A stretch of 63,918 nucleotides of DNA, counting the filler, from Atractiella rhizophila (Eukaryota): the NCBI GenBank assembly GCA_021432655.1. It is 8 parts of 7 records of this genome, joined end to end, with 100 filler letters (N's around TTAATTAATTAA, not from the genome) between each part and the next. Parts side by side here need not be neighbours in the genome. Positions count along the whole stretch, not along the records: positions 22,923 to 32,015 come from MU271504.1; positions 32,116 to 47,004 come from MU271505.1; 6 more parts are not named here. One strand, written 5' to 3'. The translations under genes were made by a program, and so were the position numbers. Shown here in pieces: positions 24,315-39,913 of this stretch; the stretch's first letter is position 1; the number at the start of each line of letters is the position of its first letter. The notes beneath the pieces were generated by a model. It did no database searches, was not told the origin of the DNA, and saw nothing but the letters and a program-made list of their open reading frames with translations.

Positions 24315-27300
24315 TCACTTTCTTCTCCACGGCAACCATCCTCTTCTTGGCTGTGAGGTTAGTGTAGGGAGGGACGATGGCGCAGTTCCTGCCTCATCAC
24401 TTTCCACAATTTTTTGTGGCTCTTGAAGTGTTGGATCTACAATGGCTTCCTTAAGTTCCTTGACTGACGTCGGATTGTAGTGGAGCAAGTGAACATCAGG
24501 TTCCCCCTTCGTTGGATCCTCGGAGACCATTTTCTTGTCTGTAGAGACAAAGGTATTGAGAGGGGATGTGCTTCGACGACCGACAGATGACTGCGTTTGG
24601 GTGGTCCCTAAATCGTTCAGGTCCCTGGAATCTTGGTGGAAGTTATCCGCGTCGCCTGCTGATGGCGATAGCGAGGGTTGCGTCAAAACTGGGGATTCGC
24701 CAGTCAGATTTGAGGATGGCAGATGAATGTCGGTATTGAGAGCGGAACCATCCACCTGGTCTGTGATAGAGACGTAGACGTCTTTGTCTTCCGTTGGTGA
24801 TGGCATCGCAACTTCAGCTTCTTCCCACATGATAGGCCCAAGGTTGGCTGAGTGCGCCTTCTCGAGATCGGCGGGAGCGACTGAGACGTCGTTCTCAAAC
24901 GGAGTCCCATCAATCGTCTCAGGCGGAGGCAACACCTGCAAGCGCGGTAAGCACGATGAGGCTGACGCTGGAGGAAGCATCAAACCTCAATCTTTCCTTC
25001 CCTCCATATGTCCATTCCCACAATTTTCTTCAGAACTGCGAGTACTTCATCTTCCACCCAGCTCTCCAGCCAGTCCTCTTCCCCACCAAGCCCAACAGCG
25101 TTCCCCTCCTCCGTCTCATTCGCCGGCCCAAGCTCCTTTACATGAAATCCCTGTACTAGTTCATCAACATTCACAAGGGAACATCGAGGAACTAAGAATA
25201 AGTAAGGAGGACGATCAGGGTTAATTCTTGAGGGAATCGCGATTTTGACGTAGAAGCAGTGGGATCTGGTAATTCGCATGTTTGGTTCGTACCGAATGAT
25301 AACTTGCTCGGAACTCGGCGGCTGGACAACTGCTTGTTTGATATGCTCATCCTCCTGATTCTGACGTGATGCTCCATCTTCGCCGAGTAAACCGTTAGAA
25401 GTGGCCTGGCGACTCAGCACTGGAGCTTCCGAAGGAATGTGCACGACTTCAATCAGTGGAGTAGTTACTGGTGCTGCAGGGGCAGAAGCGCCGTGGTGAT
25501 GCAAGCGAGGTCGTATGAAGCTGGAGACCGATTTGACGAGTGTAGGAAAGCTAGGCCTTTCTGGGAATGGACGCGCCAACTCGCTTGCTAGAGCCTCTCC
25601 ATCGGTAGTGTTCTCTTTAGACAGCAATTTAGCCGCAGTGGAAGTGTTTCCCCGCTTGAACTTTGGCCGTTTGCGTGGTCGGGTATCTTCATCATTGACT
25701 GAATCCGAATCTTCTTCTGCTTGGGTCGGTTTCCACGTATCATCTCCCTTCGCTTTTCGTCGCCTTTTCCCCCTAGCATTGACTATTTTATCCTCCACAG
25801 GTAGCTCGTCTACTTTTTTGAGTTTTTTCGTTTTGGCTGCTCGTGCCTCCTCTGCTTCATCCGTCGAGCTCTCCTCTCCAGCTTCAGGTCGATATGTCAG
25901 ATCCTGCCTTTTAGGTCGACCTTTGCGTTTGACCTGCGGTCCCTTATTTGAACCTGGGGATGATGCTTCTATAGCCGATTCTTCCTGATCACCTTGCCGA
26001 GGTTGGGATACGCTAGAGTTAGAGGAGGAAGCTTTCGACGGTGGAACGTCAGCGCGGCTAGCAGAAGGTGCTGGTGAAGGTACGTTATTTGATTGGTCCT
26101 CCTCGGTCTTCGCTTTCACGGATTTTCTTCCATGATGAGGAACAGCTCTGCTCTTTCGACCTCTCGAAGCTCGTGCTAAACATCAATCAGAACTATCTTC
26201 GTCAGCACGAGCAAACACATACACGTGCTAGCCGTTTTTCTCTTTAACGATATCTGAGCCTCGCCCGTTTCATCGTCGACCAAGTCAGCAATCTGTCCTT
26301 TCTTGCCTCGACTTGGTATTTTCGTCACCGCCGCGGCAACTGTGGAGGTGGAGGATGTGGATGGAGAGCCAGGGGCAACATCTACAAGCAAAGACGGCTG
26401 TGGCGTGGAAGGATTGCTCGCGTCTTTTTTTGCCTGAGACCTCGTCATACGACCAGGACTGACCGGAAGGAGTTCGTTATGCGTGTCATGAAAAACACTT
26501 TTTCGAGAGCGTCTGGAGGTCTTCGCTGTAGGACTTAGTGCATTCGTAGTAACTGAGGTGATGGATTCCAGTGATCTTTCCACAATGACAGATGTGTTTG
26601 TTGAACCAGGTAAAGGTTGGACTGAAGACAAATCCTCCTTCGGAACTCCCTCCACGGCTTCAGGAGTCGAAGGAGCTTCAACGACCAACTGAACCTCCGG
26701 CAGCTCAACACATGAAGGAGTAGGATCCTTAATGACGCTCGATCGTGGGGATTTGGTAGCCAGCAGATTTGATGGGGCGAGTGCAGGTTCAGCGCCTGCA
26801 GCAACAACTACCACAGGATGCGGTAGATCACCCGTGATTGCTGGTAAAGTACCCTCGAAATCGACATCCATCGCTAAACCAGAACCCGTACTAGTTGAGA
26901 TTTCAACGACTGGTAAGGGCAACTCATCGGTCGTGTGTCGAGAGGAGTTCTCCGCCGCCTCTGCTTCTGCAGCAATCGGGAGACCAGATGAAGCTGGGAC
27001 TTCGACAATGGGTCGAGGTACATCCTCAGTGGTCAAAAGAGGTGTCCGCAGTCCCTGGTCAGCATCCAACCCAGATGGAAGGGCAACCTCAACAAAAGGT
27101 TGAGCTGGATCATGAGTCGTGAGTTTCGAAGATAGTTCTTCCTCTCCAGCGCCAGGCAGTCCCGTTCTAACTGCTCTCGCCGCAGGTACCTCTCCTGCCT
27201 CTACTTCGCCATTGGCCCCTTCTTCATACTCTACTACAGCTGATTGTGAACTGATAAGCTCGACAACAGGTTGAGGAACTTCCTCCGTAATGACAGATAC

Positions 27301-30300
27301 GATGGTTTCATCGGGCTGTGTTGTCGAATCAGCGGTAGAGGGCGTAGTCAAAGGTTCATGCAACCCGCTTTCAACATCTTGTCGAATGGATTGTTCGATG
27401 GCAGGCGTAGGTTGTTTCAGATTACCGTTCGCGCCGGCGATTCCTTCTTCGCTGGCTGAATACTGGTTCGGCGCTTGGTCTTCCTTCCCTTCCTGGACCA
27501 AAGGAACATCTTGGGATCTCTCCGTTGCCTCAGGGACCGACAGAGTTGGAGTACGCAACTGTTCAGGTAGCAAATCTGGCGTGAGGTCGACATTTGAACC
27601 GTCAGCAATAGTCGAGGCACGCTCTTTATCCCCTCCCTCCGCTTCATCTCCAACCTCTTCCACCACGTCTTGAACAATAACGGTTTCATCCTGTTCCTCT
27701 TGAACAGGAGGACGGTCTTCGAAAGAAGGCGAGAGTGAGATACGTCGTAGATCGGTACTGCGTTTGACAGGAGAAGGGGTGGTCGGTTCATCCACCTCCA
27801 GCTCCAAGTGTGAGTGTGAGACTTTGACTGGGGTGGTCGGTTCCTCCTCAGGTGCAAGGTGAGACGGCGTGACGAATGCTTCCTCTTCCAATAGCTGCAA
27901 AGGACCGGAGATTCGTTCTTCCACTTTCCCCATCTCCACATCTCCCTCTTCCCCTCCCGACTCTACATTCGGCCTGAACCCTTCTCTAGCATCCGTATCT
28001 GCGCCGATGCCAGCTGAAGCATCAATGTCCGCGAACTGGCCGTAGGTCATCCCTCCCGACGTGTGCACCAAAGAGAAGTCCTCAACCTCCACTGAAAATT
28101 CAGCCATTCCAGCTGTATCGAGGGAATTTATGTAATCCTCCACCTCTTGATTAAACCGGCTAGTATCCATCACATCATACCTTGCTGTTGCAGTGACAGT
28201 GTCGTCGGTAGGTCGAACTTCGGAGGAGGCTTGGTTTCCCAGGCTGTCAATAATCTTCTGGATATCGGCAGGGCTCATGCCCGTTGCCGGATCGTCAAAC
28301 GAGGAGGGAAGCGAATCAATGAACTCGTCCAAATTCGGTACATGGAGCATGTCCAGATCCTGGAGATTCGTCTCCATCCCCTCGTTACCCTCCTGTTATA
28401 TGTAATTAGCCTCTTTTTCTTCAAATAAAATCAATTGATGCATGTGGAAAGACGAACCTGCGCGGCTTGAAGAAGCAACTGCATCCCGTCCACTTCTTCT
28501 CCAGCCTCTATTCGCGTCTCCTCAACCTCCATCTCTCCCTCTCGCCTACACTCCTCGTCGTCCCTCCTATTCTTCTCTCTCTCTAACTCCTCCAACTCCC
28601 TCTCCAACTGCTCCATCCCCTCCTCCAAACTCAACTCCTCCTCACTAGTGCTCCTCCACCTAATCCCATTGATCTTCACTCTCGATCCATCCTCTCCCTC
28701 GTCCCAATCCTCCAATTCGTCCTCCTCCCCACTCTCACCGGCATCTTCTCCTCCTTCAACAGCAGCTCTCGCCCTTCTCTCAAATTCCTCTAAAATCAAA
28801 CGTTGCCGATCCATATCCTCCATATCCTCCATCGTGAACTGACTACTTTGTCCATGCGTAGAATACCTCACTAGGCGAGTGAGATCGATCGTCTCCTCCT
28901 CATCCTCATCATCGTCTTCTTCCTCCTCGTCAGCATCCGCCACACTGTCCATCACCAGGACAGCTTCCTCCTCCTCCTCTTCCACATCTTCTTCCTCCAC
29001 TTCCTCTTCTCTAGGTTTAGAAGCTCGCGGAGATTTGGAAGTCAATTGAGATCGCGACGGCGACTGTCGTGGGCTGACCTGTGCCCGTGACGGTGACAAC
29101 TGGGAGGCAGGAGGAGCGACCCATTTCTCCTTGACAGAATAAGGAATCTTGCTCCCTCTCCAAATCTCCAAACTGGCCTCCGTACCCTCACCCTCCGTGC
29201 CCTCTCCCCCTTCTTCCTCCTCCTCCACCTCCGATCCAGACACGACATAATCCTCCTCCTGCGATTCTTCATACCTTTCCAATCTCTTTCGTTTCTGATA
29301 ACTCGAAGCGGAATAATGTTTCTCGACCCTAGCATCCATCTCCAACCTCCTCCCTACTCCCTCACCAATCCTTCCTTCAAATTCATCTCCAATCTCCTCC
29401 ATCTCATCCGCTGTCGTCGCGTCCTCCAAAAACTCTACCTCCGCTCCTCCCACCCGCTTCATGACCACCTTCTCTCTCTTCCTCCTCTTCCTTTCAGAGC
29501 GAGGTGGTCGAATTGGTTGAGATTGATCGGAAGAGGGAGATGAACCGTCGATGGAAAGTATCTCGTCATCATCATTTCCTGCATCAGCCACCTCAGCTGT
29601 AGAGTCTTCTTCGGTGCGAAGACGGAGTGGAGGAGGCGACAGAGTCTCTGTCGGTATTTTTCGAGGCGATACCTTATGTGGGCTCTCGATCTCAACTGGT
29701 GGAAGGACGTCTTCATCGATTGGAGTTGTAGGTTGCTCCGCACTATGCCATTGATTGTCAACGACACACTCTCTATAATGAAATGACACGCACTTATTTT
29801 CTTCTCCTGTCATGACAGGAGTCTGGATGAGGTCTAACTCGTCCTCTTCTTCTCCTGAGCCATCCTGCATACTTAGTTCTTCTTTTAGAAGCGCTGACAC
29901 TGGGGCCTTGACGCCAGTTCCATTGATTTGATGATCTTCTTCCACTTGGACCCTACGATGCACGATTTAACCTAACCGACTTCTACACAAGAAACGAGAA
30001 CAAGCGTACCTCTCATCTTCTCGTTCAACATGTACCAGTCCACCGTGATCATTCAACAAACGAGCCTTCTTCCTCTCATACACCTCAACCGATATTTCGT
30101 GCTCCTCTTGCTCCTCCCCTAGTCGTCTCTTCTTCCTCCCTTCGACCATTCCACCACTCGGCGACTCGACCTGGATCGCAGGTGTGATGGGAGAAGCTTC
30201 AACAGAGGACGAGAGTGACTTCCTCCCTCCCAAGCTGAATCGAAAGAACGGAGACTGCGCCACAACACCTCCACTCTTCCTAACGGAGGACAAAGTCGCC

Positions 30301-30752
30301 GAAGTAGACGCATCCCCATTAGCCGCAGTCGTAACAAAGGAGACCCTCCCCTTCCTCCCCGACCCTCTCAAAGCCTCCAACGCGCGCTCTTTCACGTCGT
30401 CAAGCGCATCCAACACCTCCTCGCTCTGATGATCATACCTCTCTTTCTCCCTAGATAGTCGTCGAAGCTCCTTGTCCACACTTAGACTCTCTTTGCCTCC
30501 TACGACATTTGCAGTTCCATCGACGCGCCAGGAGTTCGACAACGAGCTCCTCCCGTTCCTTCCCAGAGCATTAACACCATTAACGCCGATCGAAGCACTG
30601 AGAGACTGGGAGAGCGTATGAGGCGCAGGTGTGGTGGTAGTCTTCGAGAGTGGATAGGGAGAGAAGCGCTTGTACGCTGTTTGGTGGGTGATTCGGGTGG
30701 ACGAAGAAGGCGAAGGAAGCGGAAACGGCGTCGACGGGTCGAATTGGGCCAT
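24315..30752 (-). CDS. Very large acidic, low-complexity multi-exon protein (about 2000 aa) of unknown function
   Basis: Five long consecutive minus-strand ORFs (29967-30752, 28431-29963, 26176-28377, 24980-26119, 24315-24983) separated by short intron-like gaps. Basic NLS-like clusters; one globular-looking segment ITRSHCFYVKIAIP..FLVPRCSL. Confidence 0.7.
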
Positions 30753-32015
30753 CGTTCACACAAGTCAACTCGTCCTTTTTGTCCAGCTGAGAGCTGGTAG
30801 CAGGTAACAATGATTTTATCACTGTCCTTGGACGTTGACGTGAGGTGTTCTATAGGGTTAGGGCTTGCACTCCAATGGTTCCAAAGCAAGGCAGGAAAGA
30901 CTAACATATAACTACTTCAGCTACATTTGGCTTCGCATGATGAGAGGGACGTGTTTTGGGCTGGTAGTTAGGTGTAATAAGCCTGCGAAACGTGTAGGGT
31001 TGCGCTGGATGAGCGCCGGAAGAGAAGGAAGGTGAGCTTCGTTCCGTCCTTCCTTCAGTCTTCGAGTTCAGCTCTGAATGTGTGCTGCCCACTGTTCAAA
31101 AGTGTCATTTCTATTCCTTAAATTATGGAAAAATGACATGTTGCGCTTTGAACTGAGGTTAAAATACTGGACGCTCTCGCCGCATGATTCCTGAAGCAGC
31201 TGTCCTCATCTCTTCATCCGTATTTCTCGTCTTGGCGAGAATGTTTACCTCGATGCTCGCGACTAACAATGTCTTTAAATGTCCGGAGAGATATAACACG
31301 TTTTTATTCGGTTATATTGCAATTTTGCTAAATGAATGGGAGGAATAGGAATGCCGAGTTGTTCCTTCCTTCTCTCCTGCATGGCTTCCTTTCTGCATGC
31401 TTATTCAAGAAAAGACATGCCAGTTTGGCGGTTGATTTTTGATCACCTATATGTAGCTACTCCATCCAAACACTTTGTTACGACAGAAGTATTGAAGGGT
31501 ATTCTATTTTACAGCGAAGGAAGATACGACCAGAGCGTGTGTTGTTCTCATGTAGAACAACACGGCATGCCCCCTCCATTGGTTGAAATCGAGGTTGACT
31601 GGTAGAATTTCAACCCAGAAATGAAAACATGACCCTTTTCATGTTTATTTTCGTCTTCAAAATAACCGATGAGCTCACGTAGGAAGCCACAGGATCTTCC
31701 GTTCGCCAGTAGCAGATATCGAGATACCCACCGTCAGTACCTCTCCAACGTATCGTTCTCACTTCTCACAATCGAATAGGGAATTAATCTATACTCTTTC
31801 ATCTTCCATCGCTCCCCACCTCCGCCATCTCCGTCACATCCATGGTTCATCTCTTCCTCTCCTACTGCAACAACGTTCACGCGAACGGATTGTATGGAAC
31901 GCACGGACGGTCTGGCGAGCGTCATGCGACGGCAGTGGGATGTGAGACGGGGAGAGGTGGTTGGCGTTTTCTCGACTAATGAGGTCAGTCTCTTATATCT
32001 CTCCGTATCACCTCT

Positions 32016-32115
32016 NNNNNNNNNNNNNNNNNNNNNNNNNNNNNNNNNNNNNNNNNNNNTTAATTAATTAANNNNNNNNNNNNNNNNNNNNNNNNNNNNN
32101 NNNNNNNNNNNNNNN
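32016..32115. other. Artificial contig-joining linker
   Basis: N-TTAATTAATTAA-N, 100 nt. Confidence 0.97.
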
Positions 32116-34264
32116 ATCGAGGAAGTGAGAGAGAACACGGACATCTTCTAAGCCGCAGTTCATACCCTGCCCGTAGAAAGGGACCATGCAATGGGCTGCG
32201 TCTCCTAACAGAAGAAGCTTGTCGGAATGATGCATAGGAGAGCACTGTAGAGTGAAACAGATCAGACAGCAGTGCCAGTAAACTGAAAGAAACCTACCTC
32301 AATACTCAATAGACCTCCTTTGTACCCATTGCGCCAACGGTCAAGGATATGAGACTCTCCGATGAGGGACACGGCATCTGGGAAAGTAGACTTCCAAAAA
32401 TTCAAGATGGCTTCGTCTGATTGATAGGTCTTGAACATATCAGGTGATCCCATGAATGTACTCGTAAATGATCCGTCCTACAGAATAAGTGAGATAGGGA
32501 GTGGCATAATAGTGGCTAAACCCACGGCATTCGGGAGGGCAATAAGCATGAAATCATGCCGCGGCCAGATGTGCAGGTGATTCATGGATAGAGCAGGGGG
32601 ATCTGACGACGGGATGTTGAATTCGAGGTAAATTTGAGAAGCGTAAGTCTGGGCAGTATTGAGTCTACATTTGCGTTCAGAATGGTCAAGGATCAAACAT
32701 TGCAAGCTCACATACCTTTCAGATCTCCCTAGTGCATCTCTGATGCGACTCCAAGCACCATCACATCCTATGATCCAATCTCCTTCCCAGTCTCCCAACT
32801 TCACAGCAGTGTCTAACACTTTCACTTGAGCGATTTTTTGACCCCACCGTACGGCGACGCCTTCGTCCTCAAGAGCTTTCACAAGAATGCTCGAAATCTC
32901 AGCTCGCGAAATTGAGTTGATACACAACCCTTGAGACGAGTAAGCCTGGGGTTCAGCAGCGGACGAGACTGGATGTATCATCCGTCCCGACATCGGAACC
33001 ATCATCTGCTCGATTCGGTTCAAAGTTGAAGCTGAGAAGAACGATCGCAGAGAGGCAAGACCGCGTGCTGAAAGGGCGAGATTGACGGAACGGCCAAGCT
33101 GTGGAGCTGGAGCTGCGATACGATAGGTCAGAAAGTCCAGAGTTCTGGGTCAATGGAAATCGGTAAGCAATAAGGTAAGCGGTCGCCAGCCGAGAGAAGA
33201 AACGCGATGTGCATATCAGGAGCACGTTCTCAGTAAATCTGAATTGATGATAGGAGAAAACAAGTTGCAGCATCAAGCTGTAGGCACAGGCACATACCGC
33301 AGCAGGGGCAGATGAGAGTGAGACGCGAGGCGTCGAAACCTTCATCGAGAACAGATTGGCCAAGTGGCCAAGTGCAGCGCCGGGTAATTGAGATAATAAA
33401 TGCATGTTGTAATATAGCACTCCCATTTGATGGCGATGTAGCGAAGAGAAATCGCGACATGCACTTGGAAGGGCTCGGAATTGAAATGCAAGGAACAATC
33501 TACAATATCGAGACGGGATAAGATGTATAACACCCGAAATTGTGCAAAATTACGCCTGTTTATTAACCGCTCAGTTACACCTGGAATTCTTGACTAAAAA
33601 GGGCATGCACCACACAACCGCTCCCTATCTACTCCTGTGAATTCTCAACTGTAACCCACATCGCTTGAATGATGATAACTTCATTTCAAGAGTGACAAGA
33701 CTCGTATAGGAAAGGAACATGCCATTTATACCTTGCCTGTTAGAAGGTAGTGCAATAAATCGTCTATATGCTGATTGTGAAGCCTCTACGAACCTGTCGG
33801 AAATTATTTTTCTCCTTCCATCAATACAATACTTCAAGCAACATAAAACATTCGTGATGCCCACCTCTGCAAGCCCTGCACAAGCATGCAAGGCCGGAAT
33901 GAGCACGAGGAAATGAACATTAATACGATATATCTCGAAAGCTCTTTCCTTCCTTTCCACACCCGTTGTAACGAAAGGGACCAATCTCTCCTGAGGAAAT
34001 TACAATCCGCTGCAGGTATAAATGTCAAACGTGCAGGTGCTCACAAGCGTGGGCATTGCCCACATGTTCCAGCATCCTTCAAAGCAAAAACGACTACAAA
34101 GCACACAAAACCATTGCTTCTTGAACAGGTGACTTACAATCCCTGGCTTCAAACACTGTTACCTCCCATCCTCTTGCATGTAACATTTGTGCCGTCGTGC
34201 ATCCCACAGGCCCTGCACCGACAACGGCCACTCTTCGCTTTCTCTCTGAGGAAGCTTCTGCCAT
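32116..34264 (-). CDS. BNA4: Kynurenine 3-monooxygenase, 3' truncated
   Basis: [10 protein letters not shown], spliced (34137 to 33113) to [72 protein letters not shown]. Confidence 0.93.
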
Positions 34265-34840
34265 GTTCTTAAAGGGTTCAGTAGCTAAGCCCTTCAACAC
34301 CAGAGAGAAGAGTTGAGCTTGCTAAGGTCTGTAGTTCCCGATTACTCAAGTGAATGCGAGCATATTCAACACCAGCAATGTCTGCTCTTCATCCTTAGGT
34401 GTACACTTTTCTTGGACTTGGAAGATTTGTGTCTACACAGCGATAACACAATGCAACATCATAGCTGACCATTTTGGTGTTATTTTCTCCCATGGAAGTT
34501 TAATAATCATTGCGCCTTCGTTTTATCCGTTATATCTTACCATTCCCTCAACAGTGTCACGGGCTGCTCATACTTATATTGTTACGTTAGGGTCTACAAG
34601 GAATCATTTTTATACTTCTTCTATTCCTACAGCTTTGTAATTTTATTTAGATCATCTTCTGACGATGGAAGGTAGTAACCATTCAGCTAGAGCTAGCTCA
34701 CAACTTTTTTATTTTTTTACTTCCCATATTGAAGAAGACGCCTGGCTCGAGGCAGGGGTTGGGAATAATGACTGTGGCGTGAAAACGTATGTATGACTGA
34801 TGATTGCAAATTTATAGACGTCGTTCCATGACAACGAACA

Positions 34841-36054
34841 TCAAGAAGTGATGGCAAGCTTGAAAGCTTCGATCCATTCCATGATTGCTTTCTTGCCAAC
34901 ATCCAACTGTGCAGCAATAGTAGGGAAGATGTGCACCGTTCCCTTCCATACCTTCAGATCGAGTGGTACTCCGGCTTCGAGGAGGAGGAATCCGTATTCC
35001 ATCTGTCCTTTTGACAGAGAATCGAATTCAGCTACGCTTATATCTAGAAAAGGATTAAACATTAGTCTTTCTTCATTTTGTGGGATTGCGATAGAGGACG
35101 TATGAGGAGACGCACAATGTGGGGGCAAAGAAGAGGCCGCTATCTTCGAGATGGTGTTGAGCGGTGTCAAAGCCTTTCTGGTGGCTGTAGATGAGTCGAG
35201 GTGGACACTAAGGTCTGCATCATTTTGGGTGGTCCAAACCTGCAGGCACAACACATTGAGTTCCGTCAGGCGTTTTATTAATCTGAGAGGGAACGAACCG
35301 AGTAATACTTTTTCAGTTCCCCATGTTCCGCCGCGAACGGGACAGTTGGGTCGCTGAGCAGGGGTCTACATACTTCATAAGTAGCTTGCACCTAAGGCTT
35401 GCTGCATTAAACTTACGAGTCCAATATGACGAGTTTGGGTTTTATTGCCGATTTGTCCTGCGCAAGTTTGTGTACCAATCCCACTGCGAGGAAACCGCCA
35501 AAGGAAGAACCGAGTACCCCCAACTTTTTCGTGTCGATTCCTAACCTCTCCGCGCCGTCGGGTGATGTTATATATTTCCAAGCTGCTTCTGCATCTTTGG
35601 GAGAAGCGGGAAGTCTGTGTTCTGGAGCTAGTCGATAATCCACGCTGACAATCGCTACGCCCTGTTGAGCAAAGACAGAGTAAACCCCAAAATTAAATCT
35701 AGCCATTGGTACTGATTAGAGTCCTGCTCTGCTCTGGGACAGATGGGAAACATACTCAGGAGCGAAAGCCACTCCACCCCCGCTATGCAAACTCATTACG
35801 GCAGGAACCTTCTCCAGTCCCGCATTCACTGGTCTGACAACCACCAATCTTAAGGGCTGCCCATCCCCTCCAGGAATCTCTACGTTCTCTGTCTTCGCGA
35901 TGGAAGATGGGATTGGATCGGAAGGCACTGGGATGAGCCTCAGATGTTGGGACGGGTGCGAACTGATCGGCGCAGGGTAGCCAGCCGCAAAGACAGTAGC
36001 GTATAGCTGGCGGAGTTCGGGATGGAGGCGTGGAAAGTCATCGGCTGACGACAT
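34841..36054 (-). CDS. Hormone-sensitive-lipase-family alpha/beta hydrolase (Abhydrolase_3)
   Basis: LHSGGG oxyanion motif, VSVDYRLAPEH, GSSFGG nucleophile elbow, AEFDSL and KGTVHIF. Confidence 0.85.
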
Positions 36055-37052
36055 TTCGGTTGGTGCAACTGATTCTGATCCTCTGACTGAGAGCTTGACT
36101 GATCGTTATAACAGAAAGAGGGACAGATCCTTTTATGCCGCTACGCTGCCTAAACGCTGTGCCTTCAATTATCCCCACGCTGGTCACCCCTCCCGATATT
36201 CAAGTAAGCTATTACTGCATACTTTCAGCTGCCTGTCGTCGTCTATGTTGATGCACACCTTGCGAGGAAGTGGTCTCCCCGCGAGACGCGGGCAGGAATA
36301 TCTCTCGCTCCCTGTTCAGTCCCGGAATGCATTTTCCTGTCGCCCGTACGCTATTTCTTCCCACACATCTCAATCACTCGCGCTTTTTGGTGTTCAATAG
36401 TCAATGGCATCCTGTTCTTGGCTCCGTGTTTCCCAATTGCAAACCGCGGGAGCACTCGACCTACTATCACAGGAGCGGTCAAACTACGGACGTTCTTCCT
36501 CAAACTGAACTCTGTCGACATCTGTCCCATATGTCGTTACTTCCGTGCGGACAGCACGACCAAGGAGGACACCAAGTGGGAGCATACCCGCGGGCTCGAT
36601 ATCCTGAACTCACTAGGGGAGTCACTGGGAGAAAGAGAGAGGGAAACTTGGAGTAAGCAAGCACCAATCGAAGCTTTGGCTGAGTCGACTTTGATATCCG
36701 TTGATGAATCTGCGACATGGAACTTGAGTGCACTGAGCACTGTGGCTCTGGTATATACTTTCAGGATTTCATTCTGGACACTGAAGCATAAAGAAAGTGA
36801 AATACAGTCAATCAAATCAAATCAAATCAATCCATGAGATGAGGCAGCATCACAGACACAATCACAACATCTACGTTTAAATCATAACTCTCAAACTCCC
36901 TTCAACCCAGCGCAAGCTTCAAGTACGTTCGAAAATTAAATCAATCCATGATAAACGAACGAACGGTCTCCTCAATCAGTCCTTTAGACAAAAAGGCTGT
37001 CCATCAAACGTTGCACTTTCGAACCACGTCGCTGACGCTGCCTTATCCACAT

Positions 37053-39913
<2,861 letters not shown>

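Noticed and set aside
31103..31139. Imperfect hairpin TGTCATTT...AAATGACA
   Set aside because: Short, AT-rich and expected by chance.
33669..33774. ATGATGA...CTGA pair resembling a C/D snoRNA inside the BNA4 intron
   Set aside because: Antisense to the host transcript, with no convincing terminal stem or recognisable rRNA guide.
32116..36054. BNA4 next to an alpha/beta hydrolase as a kynurenine-pathway cluster (formamidase)
   Set aside because: The hydrolase shows only generic HSL-family motifs, and nothing visible supports formamidase specificity.
36095..36837. Overlapping plus-strand ORFs including CPIC
   Set aside because: No coherent gene model or domain.
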